Assembly (NCBI GenBank): GCA_049975265.1
Contig: JBNGDF010000002.1
Span: 1 to 64,000 of the forward strand
Length of the DNA stretch: 64,000 nt
Reading direction: 5' to 3'
DNA from: Fidelibacterota bacterium
GTDB taxonomy: Bacteria > Fidelibacterota > UBA2242
The notes under the pieces: model-generated
Told to the model about the DNA's origin: nothing
Databases searched by the model: none
Seen by the model: only the letters and a program-made list of their open reading frames with translations
Part shown: piece after piece, positions 41,401 through 50,379 of the stretch
Numbering within the stretch: position 1 is the stretch's first letter
How the letters are laid out: each line of letters begins with the position of its first letter
Translations under genes and position numbers: made by a program

Positions 41401-44080
41401 CACATTCTTTAAGGCATCTGCCAGGATCAAAACCAAAGGGAGTTTCAGCGCCAACCCGGCATCTCAATATCTCTATTTTGGGATTGACGGCTTAGGCGAT
41501 CGTGATTATCGGGTCTCCTGTGTATCGGATGACGATTTTACAACTTTCACAGTCATCGGTTATGCCATCAATGAAACCGGTTCGCTTTATATCGCCGGAC
41601 AGGGTGGTGGGGGCGCCGACACTGTCTGGGTTGATGAATACAGCTACCAGAACAACTATGTTCCCGGTCTGACAACCCTATCGACAGTTGCCGAAGCTCG
41701 GGCTGTACCCGTTGGTGAAAAGGTGGCGACAATTGGCGTTGTTACGACGACGACTCATTTCGGTTCAGCTGGTGCTGTTTACTTCCAGGATGCCACCGCC
41801 GGTTATGCAGTTTATAATTACAACTGCGCCCAAACAGTAGAACTTGGCGATGAAATCCTGGTTATCGGTACCCAAAAAGACTACAACGGATTATTGGAAA
41901 TCGATCCGATGGTAGACTTCATGGTGCTGAGCAAGGGTAATGAAGTTGTACCAGTCGTCATTACCGCTGCTGATATGGATGGCGAAGCTTATGAGGGCAT
42001 GTTGGTGACAATTGAAGCCTGTGATACACTGGATAGCGGTCTCGACTGGGCTTCAACGGAAGGTTCCAACAAGGGGTTCAATCTGAAAGACAGTAACGAT
42101 TCTACTTTCTACTGCTACATTGACAAGGATACCGATATTGACGGCTCGCCGAAACCATCGATGTGGCCGATTGACATCACCGGCATTGTGGGTGACTATA
42201 AAGGTGCCCAACTGTTGCCGAGAAGCCTGGCTGATTTTTCACCATGCAACAAGGTTCCCACGGCATTTGAAATTGTCAGTCCGGCGGATTCCACCGTGAT
42301 CTCATCGTTCGATCATGCCGATATTAAGAAAATCGAGGTCGGAACCGATTCACTCTACGCCTTGGTCATCAAGTGGACAAAATCGGTTGATCCCGATGGC
42401 GATGATATTTCCTACGAGGTCGTGGTCTTACCCACTGGTTCCTATGAAGAAATCGTGACCACTGATACAATGACCTATATGGTTCTCGAAAATGAAAAGC
42501 CCTGGGTCATGAACGGAACTTACGACGTTTTCGTGGTCGCCGCTGATACAATGGGCGGAAAAACCCCCAGCGATACGATTGCAATCACCTTCGACTTCGA
42601 AGCTCCGCCGGAAATCGTCTATGCGGACGTGGTTCTGGTTGACGGCGCGCCGAAATTATATGCGGTATTCAGCCTGCCTGTTGACGCCGCGGCTGTCGGG
42701 AATTTCACCATCCTTGACCAGACCGTCCCCGGTGCTTCTACGCCTACGGCTGTGGACAGTATTGCTCCCAATGCGATCAGAATCACCGGAAATCTGCCGG
42801 AAGATCATCATATCGCGCTGGCATATAACGGTATAACAGCCCCCGGCAGTACCATTTCCACAGCGGATACGGTCTATGCAGGAAAGGTACTGATTCCGTT
42901 CAGTGAGAATCATCCGGAGGACGCCGCTAAAGTGATTACTCCCTTCGAATCGAATATCGGCAGTTTCCTGGATCCGAACTATTCGGGATCTACTGTTGGT
43001 ACAAATGCAGATGCAACAACATTTGCGGTGTCCGATGAACAAGCCTATCGCGGATCGAAATCCGGGAAAATGACCATCGTAGATGATCCGGCAATTGCAG
43101 GTGGCTGGTACGTCCGCGATCTGTATGGTTATCCCTGGACCTATAACGTCAGTACAACCTCGACACTGATGATTATGGTCAAAGGAACCGACGCCGAAGT
43201 TGAGATGCGTCTGTCAATCAAGGATACAGGATATGAACAAGGTCCCTGGACCCGTGTTTCCGTCACTGAGGACGACTGGCAGGTAGTCAGTTTTGACCTT
43301 CAGAATGATGAGGCTGAAGGATGGGTCAATGGCAACGGGATTGTCGAAGGTGATAAGGTATTGATAGAAGGCATTCACATCCGCTGCACCGAGGACAAAG
43401 ACGTGGTGTTGTACTTTGACGAGTTTACGCAGAGACCCAATAGCAATTCTGCACCGTCTGCAGTTACTCTGTTGAAACCCACCGACGGTTACGAAATCAC
43501 TGACGCCGATGTGGTTCAGGATTCTCTGATCGAAGTCAAATGGACGAAAGCGGTTGATCCTGACGGCGATAAGGTATCCTATGAATTCTTCGTACTGGAT
43601 GCAGATCAGGATACAGTGGTTGATCAGTTCTCTACTGGTGATACCACTAAACTGATTGATGCCCCGACTTACGAAGACAACGGCAGCTACAAGGTCTATG
43701 TCTTAGCCAAGGATGTCTGGGGTGCCTTCAGCAGCTCCGATACCATCAGCATCACCGTGAATATGCCGGAAGTTGGTATTGACGGTGAGCTGGGCTTGCC
43801 GAAGGTCTTCGCCCTCCATCAGAACTATCCGAATCCCTTCAACCCGATTACCACAATCAAGTACGACCTACCGAAAGATGCCCATGTCAGGATCATGATC
43901 TATGACCTGATGGGTCGTCAGGTGCGGACCCTGGTCAATGCCAGACAGCGAGCCGGTTACCAGACGATTCAGTGGGATGCCCGGGATAATTACGGTAAGA
44001 TGGTCAGTTCCGGCTACTACATCTACGTTATGCAGGCGGACAAATTCCACAAGTCTCAGAAAATGATTCTGCTGAAATAG
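38423..44080 (+). CDS. 1885-aa modular secreted/surface protein with a C-terminal sorting (T9SS-A/FlgD-like) domain
   Basis: Signal peptide, FlgD-Ig, beta-propeller, lamin-tail-like VVINEF..EYIELYN, two OB-fold pairs, repeated KWTK.VDPDGD.., ALHQNYPNPFNP..KMILLK. Confidence 0.88.
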   Translation: MKIRILLIGLVLLLALSIHSYANVYATNVEVSSNTLQADGTATVTISFILNEAADNGVDVKIYNSDTDLIKTISLATAPKGLNSVEWDGTYTDGVTIATPGAYSIEVTASDDGYTAWTKISDDTKTAIYSPRGIAVNRNPDSPYFGRIYVTNKATGTSTNTGAFETIQGILMYTQDQELIGQSTGGVAWPSSTNGSPHKVMVGPDDMVYVGDYANDRLYAFDAEIDATSQKLVIGDSNKETGQYIAGHWVAGTGADRAIYTADGHYGDYTGIKKYDIGLNDVMPDGEVGYEIIQRPSGLYYQYDVEVGSDGSIYFCEFRSAKGEPLDKDGNPIDLKAAGEAYPLIKYKPWVDDGSQTPYTLDDTLWTVTKQLTGSRGIGLDEPRNRVAFCDYYSNKVYIFDATTGDLVETVNSTLTRSWDVAFDAAGNMYLVDNSAEYWTITSPPDGPNSFTTPCLETVTVTGPPDVVINEFDTHTSAKEYIELYNTTDAAIDLDAGGYVLVFVNGYNEEIYQATALNGTIPAKGYYVLAEAGVTDIEGYTPDQNATWTSFQNGQDGVALVKGASVSAFTNTDYATTLAASGGTQIDAVIYGGDDAELNIAFGTTAINLEAGSTGSTSRKSDGQGGAAPAYGNGDWQIQERTPGATNKLPLKLAKAYPTSGTAITIEYTDNMTTVDPVNYTLLGTAGVTFTSATIDPVDASIVVLEAGAEIMYDLILDTLVDAANTDTAVFYAGITPIGWTSVTNPAGHIENGHVALFQGYVSANDAYNNVWVNDAEGGEHSGVLIFDYNFDALVAVGDHITFLAERTEYNNLTELVSPVLLSINSSGNDPYGPFEIAGADIDTSIAADTDPAEKWEGQLVKIDSAVVISGPTNYTYLCTDDDSTTYFYVGDNVDYHLSNVVLSVGSAYDIVGVVDYDGDYYRINPRGADDIKKYIAPGELDIIEDFATADDIANWRSDNEGSTARAHLDTVMQLSDGGWTFDARRTVTAEPNTFFKASARIKTKGSFSANPASQYLYFGIDGLGDRDYRVSCVSDDDFTTFTVIGYAINETGSLYIAGQGGGGADTVWVDEYSYQNNYVPGLTTLSTVAEARAVPVGEKVATIGVVTTTTHFGSAGAVYFQDATAGYAVYNYNCAQTVELGDEILVIGTQKDYNGLLEIDPMVDFMVLSKGNEVVPVVITAADMDGEAYEGMLVTIEACDTLDSGLDWASTEGSNKGFNLKDSNDSTFYCYIDKDTDIDGSPKPSMWPIDITGIVGDYKGAQLLPRSLADFSPCNKVPTAFEIVSPADSTVISSFDHADIKKIEVGTDSLYALVIKWTKSVDPDGDDISYEVVVLPTGSYEEIVTTDTMTYMVLENEKPWVMNGTYDVFVVAADTMGGKTPSDTIAITFDFEAPPEIVYADVVLVDGAPKLYAVFSLPVDAAAVGNFTILDQTVPGASTPTAVDSIAPNAIRITGNLPEDHHIALAYNGITAPGSTISTADTVYAGKVLIPFSENHPEDAAKVITPFESNIGSFLDPNYSGSTVGTNADATTFAVSDEQAYRGSKSGKMTIVDDPAIAGGWYVRDLYGYPWTYNVSTTSTLMIMVKGTDAEVEMRLSIKDTGYEQGPWTRVSVTEDDWQVVSFDLQNDEAEGWVNGNGIVEGDKVLIEGIHIRCTEDKDVVLYFDEFTQRPNSNSAPSAVTLLKPTDGYEITDADVVQDSLIEVKWTKAVDPDGDKVSYEFFVLDADQDTVVDQFSTGDTTKLIDAPTYEDNGSYKVYVLAKDVWGAFSSSDTISITVNMPEVGIDGELGLPKVFALHQNYPNPFNPITTIKYDLPKDAHVRIMIYDLMGRQVRTLVNARQRAGYQTIQWDARDNYGKMVSSGYYIYVMQADKFHKSQKMILLK

Positions 44081-44097
44081 CAGAACAAACCTGCCAT

Positions 44098-44130
44098 AAA
44101 AAAAGGCTGTCTGCGGACAGCCTTTTTTTT
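44098..44130. terminator. Bidirectional intrinsic terminator
   Basis: A7-GGCTGTC-TGCG-GACAGCC-T8 between convergent genes. Confidence 0.9.
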
Positions 44131-44145
44131 ATTCAGACACTCTTT

Positions 44146-45402
44146 TTACTGATAATAAATTGATGCTTTCTTGAAGCTGCGGGTTTTCAACAGCGGTTCA
44201 AAAATAACCTGCAGCGCCATGGAAATGATCCCCTTCATACAGCCCTCCTCTTTCAGGATACCCACTTCGATGGGCGTCGCCTTGAAAGGGATATTGTGCA
44301 TATTCTCCTGGACGATCTGGCGACACTTATCCAGAAGGTACTCGGAATACTCGATAATTTTACCGGAAAGAATGATTTTACTCGTGTTCAATGTCTTGAT
44401 CAAATCGGTGCAGAGAATAGCCAAAAGCATGGCGTACTCATCCAGTACTTCCCGCACAATAGCCGAATACTCATGCTGTTCATCAGACAGTAAATCCTCC
44501 AGCTTCAATTTCTCAACGTCCTGATGGCTCAAATGTTTATCATACTGAATTTTGAGCTTGATCGTTTCGAGCAGATGCTGTTCCCTCATAATGCTCCCAA
44601 AGCGATGCTGGTTGGTATACAGGTTTTTAACCAGCGCAGGATTGGTCAGGTGATGTCCCAGCTCCAGGTAGCCCAGCTCACCGGCGCTGCCGTAACGACC
44701 GCGAATCAGGTTGCCGTCAACGATAATCCCGGCACCCAGTCCCTCACCCAACCAGATACAGACCATATTGTCGGTGTTACGACCGGCGCCCAGCAGGTGT
44801 TCGCCGTACGTGCGGGCATTGACGTCGTTTTCGATCAGCACCGGAACCCGGTATCTTTCGCTGAAAACCGACGCCAGCGGATGCTGCACCCAACCGTGAA
44901 TTGTGACTGCAAAGGCAATCTCACCCTTTTCGTAATCAATGAATCCTGGCACGGCGATACCGATACTGATCAGCTTTTTACGATAAATAGTTTTTTTCTT
45001 CAACATCGAATCCAGCAATGCGGTGATTTTCGGCAGTACATGCACAATTGTGTCGCCGGTTTCGTAAGGCACAATATTTTCACTGACAATTTCCGAATCC
45101 AGATTGGCAATGGCGACCTTGGCATAGCTGCTGTGAATTTCAATACCCACGACAAAACCGTTATTGGGCAACAATTTCAGCAGTGTCGGACGTTTGCCGC
45201 CCCTCTTCGTGGATTCCCCTTTACCGATCTCGGCAATATAACCAGCCTCTATTAAACGGCTGACAATATCGGAGACCGCTACTTTGGAAATCCTGGTCCT
45301 TTTCGCCAGCTCTACCCGCGAGATGGTTCCCTCGGCGCGAACCAGGTTTAATATTCTGGTCTCGTTCAGCTCTTTGATCAGCTGGGAATTGACAATATTC
45401 AT
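44146..45402 (-). CDS. ROK family transcriptional regulator (NagC/XylR-like)
   Basis: ISRVELAKRT wHTH, GESTKRGGKRP, IGIAVPG, IENDVNA, GLGAGII, AGELG. Confidence 0.92.
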   Translation of the reverse strand: MNIVNSQLIKELNETRILNLVRAEGTISRVELAKRTRISKVAVSDIVSRLIEAGYIAEIGKGESTKRGGKRPTLLKLLPNNGFVVGIEIHSSYAKVAIANLDSEIVSENIVPYETGDTIVHVLPKITALLDSMLKKKTIYRKKLISIGIAVPGFIDYEKGEIAFAVTIHGWVQHPLASVFSERYRVPVLIENDVNARTYGEHLLGAGRNTDNMVCIWLGEGLGAGIIVDGNLIRGRYGSAGELGYLELGHHLTNPALVKNLYTNQHRFGSIMREQHLLETIKLKIQYDKHLSHQDVEKLKLEDLLSDEQHEYSAIVREVLDEYAMLLAILCTDLIKTLNTSKIILSGKIIEYSEYLLDKCRQIVQENMHNIPFKATPIEVGILKEEGCMKGIISMALQVIFEPLLKTRSFKKASIYYQ

Positions 45403-45587
45403 TCGCCTGTCCCTTTCGACGTAAAAATTTATGCTGTTATGAATCGTTCATTTTATCTGCTGAAAAATAGATAAACATTTTCTAATTTCCAACAGTGATT
45501 TTTCCCGGAATGATTATTTTTTATAGCCTTTACCGGTTATTTCGTTACATTTGCTTACTGCTTACCTCATTAACAGGAGAATCGAAA

Positions 45588-45989
45588 ATGCAGGATATCA
45601 TTACCATTAAAATTCGGGGCTATCATCTCGACCTTTACGGTCATGTAAACAACACCCGCTATCTGGAGTTTCTGGAAGAGGCGCGCTGGACAATTAAGGA
45701 GCGGTACTTCGATTTTCCCAAAACTCATGACAAAGGATTCGGTTTCGTCGTCGTCAATACGAACATCAACTACCGCCATCCGGCAGAACTGGGTGACGTT
45801 CTCGAAATTCGCACAAACATCAGCAGAATCGGCACCAAAAGTGCCACCTTCAGGCATTCCATCTATCTTGCCGGCTCGGAAATATTGATTGCCGATGCCG
45901 AAGTTACCTTTGTAATCATAAATCTCAGGACAAATAAAGCGATTCCCATCGGAGACAGCTGGCGCGAACGACTCGAAAAATTAAAATAA
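45588..45989 (+). CDS. Acyl-CoA thioesterase (YbgC/FadM family)
   Basis: IRGYHLDLYGHVNNTRYLEFLEEARW; GGAGA RBS before MQDII. Confidence 0.9.
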   Translation: MQDIITIKIRGYHLDLYGHVNNTRYLEFLEEARWTIKERYFDFPKTHDKGFGFVVVNTNINYRHPAELGDVLEIRTNISRIGTKSATFRHSIYLAGSEILIADAEVTFVIINLRTNKAIPIGDSWRERLEKLK

Positions 45990-46173
45990 TTCATCAAATT
46001 CCAAAATAAGCTTAGGTTTATCCGCATTTACCATCTATATTAACCCGATTTGAATTCGATGAAACATATTTGTCCATTAAAACCGCCTTCCCGGCGGTTT
46101 TGGCTGATTTGGTCAGGAATTCGCGAGGATAATTAATAAGAAAAGTGATTCAAGAGAATCAGAGGAGTTAACG

Positions 46174-46485
46174 TTGAATATCTATGTGGGTAATTTACCC
46201 AGAAGCACCAGTGAAGATGAAGTTCGCAATCTGTTTACCGAATACGGTAATGTTGCGGAAGTCAACTTAATCAAAGACCGCTATACCGATGAATTGCGCG
46301 GGTTTGGTTTTATCGAGATGCCGGAAAAATCCGAAGCACTTAAAGCAATTCAGGAAGTCAATGGCAAAGAGTTGGACGGTCGCGTGCTGGTTGTCAACGA
46401 AGCCAAACCCCGTGAGAACCGTGGAAGCGGTCCGCACAGAAGTGGCGGTGGCAATCGGGGTGGCGGAAATCGTAACCGCTGGTAA
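46174..46485 (+). CDS. RRM (RNP-1) RNA-binding protein with Gly/Arg tail
   Basis: IYVGNL (RNP2), RGFGFIEM (RNP1), VNEAKPR; TTG start after GGAG. Confidence 0.93.
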   Translation: MNIYVGNLPRSTSEDEVRNLFTEYGNVAEVNLIKDRYTDELRGFGFIEMPEKSEALKAIQEVNGKELDGRVLVVNEAKPRENRGSGPHRSGGGNRGGGNRNRW

Positions 46486-46500
46486 AAATTAATGTTACAA

Positions 46501-46534
46501 ATAAAAAAGCCCCAAATTTTTGGGGCTTTTTTAT
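46501..46534. terminator. Bidirectional intrinsic terminator
   Basis: ATAAAAAAGCCCCA...TGGGGCTTTTTTAT. Confidence 0.88.
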
Positions 46535-46578
46535 TATAAGACCGGCTTTTCTCTATTCTGTTATTATCAAGAGACGGA

Positions 46579-48249
46579 TTAGGTGGGCGTTTTGGAACAG
46601 ACCTGCCGGAATACCCGCTGAAAATTACCGCCCAGAATTTTTGCCAGATCCTCCCTGGAATAGCCATGATTCAGCAGTGCCAGACTCAAATCGGGAAATT
46701 TCGACACATCACCCAGACCGGTCACGGTCCTTTCAATTCCGTCAAAATCGGAGCCCAACGCCACATAGTCGATCCCGACCAAATCGACGATATGATCAAT
46801 ATGCGCAATGACGTCATTGATAGTGGCATTCCGGGAACCGGTTATAAAGTAGGGATAAAATACAACCCCCACCACCCCGCCTCCGGCGGCAATAGCTTCA
46901 ATCTGATCATCGTAGAGATTACGGTAATGGTCACAAATCGCCCGCGCCCCGGAATGGGTCGCGACAATTGGATTGACTGTCGTTTCCAGAATATCACTGA
47001 CCGTTTCTATGCCGACATGCGATACATCAATAATAACCCCCAATGAATCCAGCGTGCGAATCACCTGACGACCGAAATCACTCAATCCCCCGCTGCGGCT
47101 CTGATAATACTGTTCATCCTTTGCGGAAACCGCCCAGTCGGTGCTGTTATTCCACGTGATCGTCAGATAACGCATCCCGGCTTCGTACAGTTCGATCAGC
47201 TTATTCATGTCATTCTCAATGACATGTCCACCCTCGACGCACATCACCGCAGCGATTTTATGATCCAGATTGATTGTCAGCGCTTCGTCAAGCGTGCGCG
47301 CCTGCTGAACATATTCCGGATACAGGTTTAACTCCCGTTGAAACAAATCAAGCGCGCGCTGCGCGGTCTGATAGTAGGAGCCTGCATAACTGGTGGAAAC
47401 CCAGACAACAAAAAATTGAATATCCACCCCGCCCTCAATTAACCGGGGAATATCGGTATGATGATAGGTATGCCGGGGCATCCAGTGATAGGCTGTATCA
47501 TCCAGCATCTGCTCCAGAACATCGTTGTGCAGATCAATCAGCGTAAGACGGTTATGAATTGTTTCCAGTTGTACATGAAAAAATTCTCCCCCTGAGACAG
47601 TGACAGCTGCGGTGTCGCCGGCATAGGCAAATTTATCGTAAATAATCCTCAGAGGCACTGCGCCGGGCTTCACTAAAAAATCACCGCGATGGTAAGAGGC
47701 GCCATGTATCTCCGATAGACCGCCACCACTGCCACCGTCCAGCTGGATCATTTTCCTGGTGATCGATTTTCCATTGCTGCGAATCGTATAAAAATAGACG
47801 CCCGCCGCACCGCCGCCCTGCCACTCAATCTGATAGTTTCCCGTCGCCAGATACTGCTGTTTCGAAGCCAGCACCTGTCCGAGAATATTACAAACGGCAA
47901 TCTCCATCTCCCCCGCTGCGGCAATGCCAAACTCGATCCTGGTACTCGGATTGAAGGGATTGGGATAATTCTGATAGACCGTAAAATCCCGCGGCAGTGC
48001 CGGATGTTCGTTTAATCCGGATGAATTGCTCGTATAATCCCAATTCCCCAGATAATCGGTTATAACAGTGTCGCAAATAGCATATTCGTCGGAGATAATG
48101 ACGACATTGACCCCGACTAAATTCTTTTCAGTGACCAGGTCCGTGACGTGACCGCTGATGGTGAACGCCGGCAGAAGCGTTATTTGGATAATTGCAGCCA
48201 GCAGGACCAACAAAAAGGATTTCGGCACGCTAAAAATTTTATCCGGCAT
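46579..48249 (-). CDS. M19 membrane dipeptidase with N-terminal CarboxypepD_reg-like and internal sorting-domain-like modules
   Basis: IDLHND, VEGGH, TITWN, IIDVSH, ATHS, RNL.D, LGSDFDG, ILGGN; internal QNYPNPFNPST..RKM. Confidence 0.88.
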   Translation of the reverse strand: MPDKIFSVPKSFLLVLLAAIIQITLLPAFTISGHVTDLVTEKNLVGVNVVIISDEYAICDTVITDYLGNWDYTSNSSGLNEHPALPRDFTVYQNYPNPFNPSTRIEFGIAAAGEMEIAVCNILGQVLASKQQYLATGNYQIEWQGGGAAGVYFYTIRSNGKSITRKMIQLDGGSGGGLSEIHGASYHRGDFLVKPGAVPLRIIYDKFAYAGDTAAVTVSGGEFFHVQLETIHNRLTLIDLHNDVLEQMLDDTAYHWMPRHTYHHTDIPRLIEGGVDIQFFVVWVSTSYAGSYYQTAQRALDLFQRELNLYPEYVQQARTLDEALTINLDHKIAAVMCVEGGHVIENDMNKLIELYEAGMRYLTITWNNSTDWAVSAKDEQYYQSRSGGLSDFGRQVIRTLDSLGVIIDVSHVGIETVSDILETTVNPIVATHSGARAICDHYRNLYDDQIEAIAAGGGVVGVVFYPYFITGSRNATINDVIAHIDHIVDLVGIDYVALGSDFDGIERTVTGLGDVSKFPDLSLALLNHGYSREDLAKILGGNFQRVFRQVCSKTPT

Positions 48250-48506
48250 ATATATTTTCCCCTCCTCTAATTGAGTATCGCTGGTGAGTTATTTCAAGCA
48301 CTGCGCTGAAAACAAAATTTACAAAAAAATATTATTCGCACAATTTTTACAATTCTGTCTGGTACGTCATGCCGCACTCATAAATAAATTAATATATTCA
48401 CCTAACTAACTATATCAAAGATAATTTAAAGTGAACATTATTTATTTAATTCGATTTTATTTCTTGATTAATTTAAAATTAATTTTATCTTAAAACCCAA
48501 ATTGAA

Positions 48507-48710
48507 TTCGGGAGAGACGTTGCGAATAATTATCGAAACAGAACACGGGTGGCATGACACCGGCAAAATACCGGTGGACGACGCCGTTCTGTGTTCGCCA
48601 AAAGGCAACCCTGCTCTGCCCGAAAAATCCCCGATAGGTACCGCTAAGCGCCCCAAACAGGCTTAGTAATACCTATTTTCTACATCCAAATCATATAGGT
48701 ATTACGGAGG
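48507..48710 (+). ncRNA. Unassigned structured leader upstream of dapB
   Basis: Long nested inverted repeats at 48507-48624 plus alternative hairpins at 48634-48705 abutting the GGAGG RBS. Confidence 0.4.
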
Positions 48711-48715
48711 AAAAG

Positions 48716-49444
48716 ATGAACATCGCTATCCTGGGTTACGGTCGTATGGGACACACTGTCGAGTCGGCAGCAGTAAGAAACGGTCACCGGATTTGTGCCA
48801 TATTTGACCTGGATAATCCGCTGAAAACGGACTCCAACCTCAAAGACGCCGAGGTGATTATCAGTTTCAGCTGCCCTCAGGCAGTGATTCCCAATCTCCG
48901 GTTGGTATCGCACATGAATCTGCCGATCGTGGAGGGCACCACCGGCTGGTATCACCAGCTGGACCGAATGAAACAGATTGAAAATCTGACAATTCTGTAT
49001 AGCCCGAACTTTTCCATCGGCGTGTATCAGTTTGGCAAATTGCTGGAAGCAGCCGCCCGGCTTTTTGGTTCTCTGCCGGATTACGATTGCTACATTCATG
49101 AATGGCATCACCGCCACAAAGCCGACAGCCCCAGCGGAACCGCTCTAAAACTGGCGGATATATTGATTAAAAACGCCCGGACAAAATCAGAAATAATGTC
49201 CGGAACCTATGCCGGAACGATTGAAGACCAGGCACTTCATGTCACTTCCACCCGGGTCGGTCGGATTCCCGGCACCCACGAAGTCGGATTTGATTCGGAG
49301 CATGATACAATCACCCTGCGCCATCAAGCCCACGGTCGCACCGGCTTCGCCGTTGGCGCTCTGAAAGCCGCCGAATGGCTGATCGGCAAAAAGGGCATTT
49401 ATACCATGGACGATTTTATGGAATCGCTAACTCAAACTCATTAA
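48716..49444 (+). CDS. dapB: 4-hydroxy-tetrahydrodipicolinate reductase
   Basis: GYGRMG, GTTGW, NFSIG, HEWHHRHKADSPSGTA, GTHEV, FAVGA. Confidence 0.93.
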   Translation: MNIAILGYGRMGHTVESAAVRNGHRICAIFDLDNPLKTDSNLKDAEVIISFSCPQAVIPNLRLVSHMNLPIVEGTTGWYHQLDRMKQIENLTILYSPNFSIGVYQFGKLLEAAARLFGSLPDYDCYIHEWHHRHKADSPSGTALKLADILIKNARTKSEIMSGTYAGTIEDQALHVTSTRVGRIPGTHEVGFDSEHDTITLRHQAHGRTGFAVGALKAAEWLIGKKGIYTMDDFMESLTQTH

Positions 49445-49460
49445 ATGAAAGGAAACAATC

Positions 49461-50366
49461 ATGAATATTGAACAATTCCGCGGATCTACCGTCGCCCTGA
49501 TTACCCCATTCAATGAAAGAGGTGAAATTGACGAAATCAAACTTCGTATGCTGGTTGACCGGCAAATTGAGATGGGTACGAACGTCATCCTGGCTTGCGG
49601 CACCACCGGCGAAAGCGCAACCCTCTCCCATGCAGAGCACCATCGTGTAATGGACATTATCATCGAACAGGTCAATCACCGGGTGCCCGTTATCTGCGGC
49701 GCCGGCAGCAACGCTACCCATGAAGCCATCTCTCTCTCCCGGCATGCTGAAGAGCGGGGAGCCGACGCCATCCTGTCGGTCGGACCCTATTACAACAAGC
49801 CTACTCCCGAGGGATTTTACCGCCACTTTCGCACCATCGCCGAGTCGGTCAGCATTCCGCTGATTATCTACAACGTTCCCGGACGCACCGGCTCCAACAT
49901 CGACGCCAAAACAGTATTGCGGCTGGCTGAGATTGACAACATTATCGGCATCAAGGAAGCCAGCGGAAACATGTCGCAGATCATGAATATCCTGAGCAAG
50001 CGACCCGCCGATTTTCTGGTTCTTTCGGGAGATGATGCCCTCAGTCTTGCTCTCATCGCACTGGGCGGCGACGGCACAATCTCCGTCGTAGCCAATGAGA
50101 CGCCCGATCTGTTCAGTCAAATGATATCCGCCGGCATGAACGGCGACTGGAACATGGCGCGCCAACTCCACCAGCAACTGCTGCCGCTGATGGAGGCAAA
50201 TTTCATCGAAACCAATCCAATCCCGGTAAAAACCGCCCTGGCAATGATGGGCATCATCGCAGATAATTTCCGGCTTCCGCTGGTACCCATGGCGCCGAAC
50301 AACCGCGCTACTCTGCGTAAAATTCTAATTGATTTACACTTATTAAACGAAAATGAACAGCTGTAA
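49461..50366 (+). CDS. dapA: 4-hydroxy-tetrahydrodipicolinate synthase
   Basis: ALITPF, GTTGES, PYYNKP, YNVPGRTG, GIKEASG, SGDD, ETNPIPVK. Confidence 0.95.
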   Translation: MNIEQFRGSTVALITPFNERGEIDEIKLRMLVDRQIEMGTNVILACGTTGESATLSHAEHHRVMDIIIEQVNHRVPVICGAGSNATHEAISLSRHAEERGADAILSVGPYYNKPTPEGFYRHFRTIAESVSIPLIIYNVPGRTGSNIDAKTVLRLAEIDNIIGIKEASGNMSQIMNILSKRPADFLVLSGDDALSLALIALGGDGTISVVANETPDLFSQMISAGMNGDWNMARQLHQQLLPLMEANFIETNPIPVKTALAMMGIIADNFRLPLVPMAPNNRATLRKILIDLHLLNENEQL

Positions 50367-50379
50367 AAAGGGAATTTCC

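Noticed and set aside
38423..44080. Diversity-generating retroelement target or CRISPR-like repeats in the giant gene
   Set aside because: No reverse transcriptase, no near-identical TR/VR pair and no spaced repeats; only diverged domain duplications.
48507..48624. SRP (4.5S) RNA or canonical lysine riboswitch call
   Set aside because: No GNRA apical loop with CAGG/AGCA on either strand, and lysine-riboswitch motifs are not in order; left unassigned.
48554..48637. 27-codon ORF MTPAKYRWTTPFCVRQKATLLCPKNPR in the dapB leader as an attenuator peptide
   Set aside because: No tandem Lys codons and no clear RBS; cannot be supported as a leader peptide.
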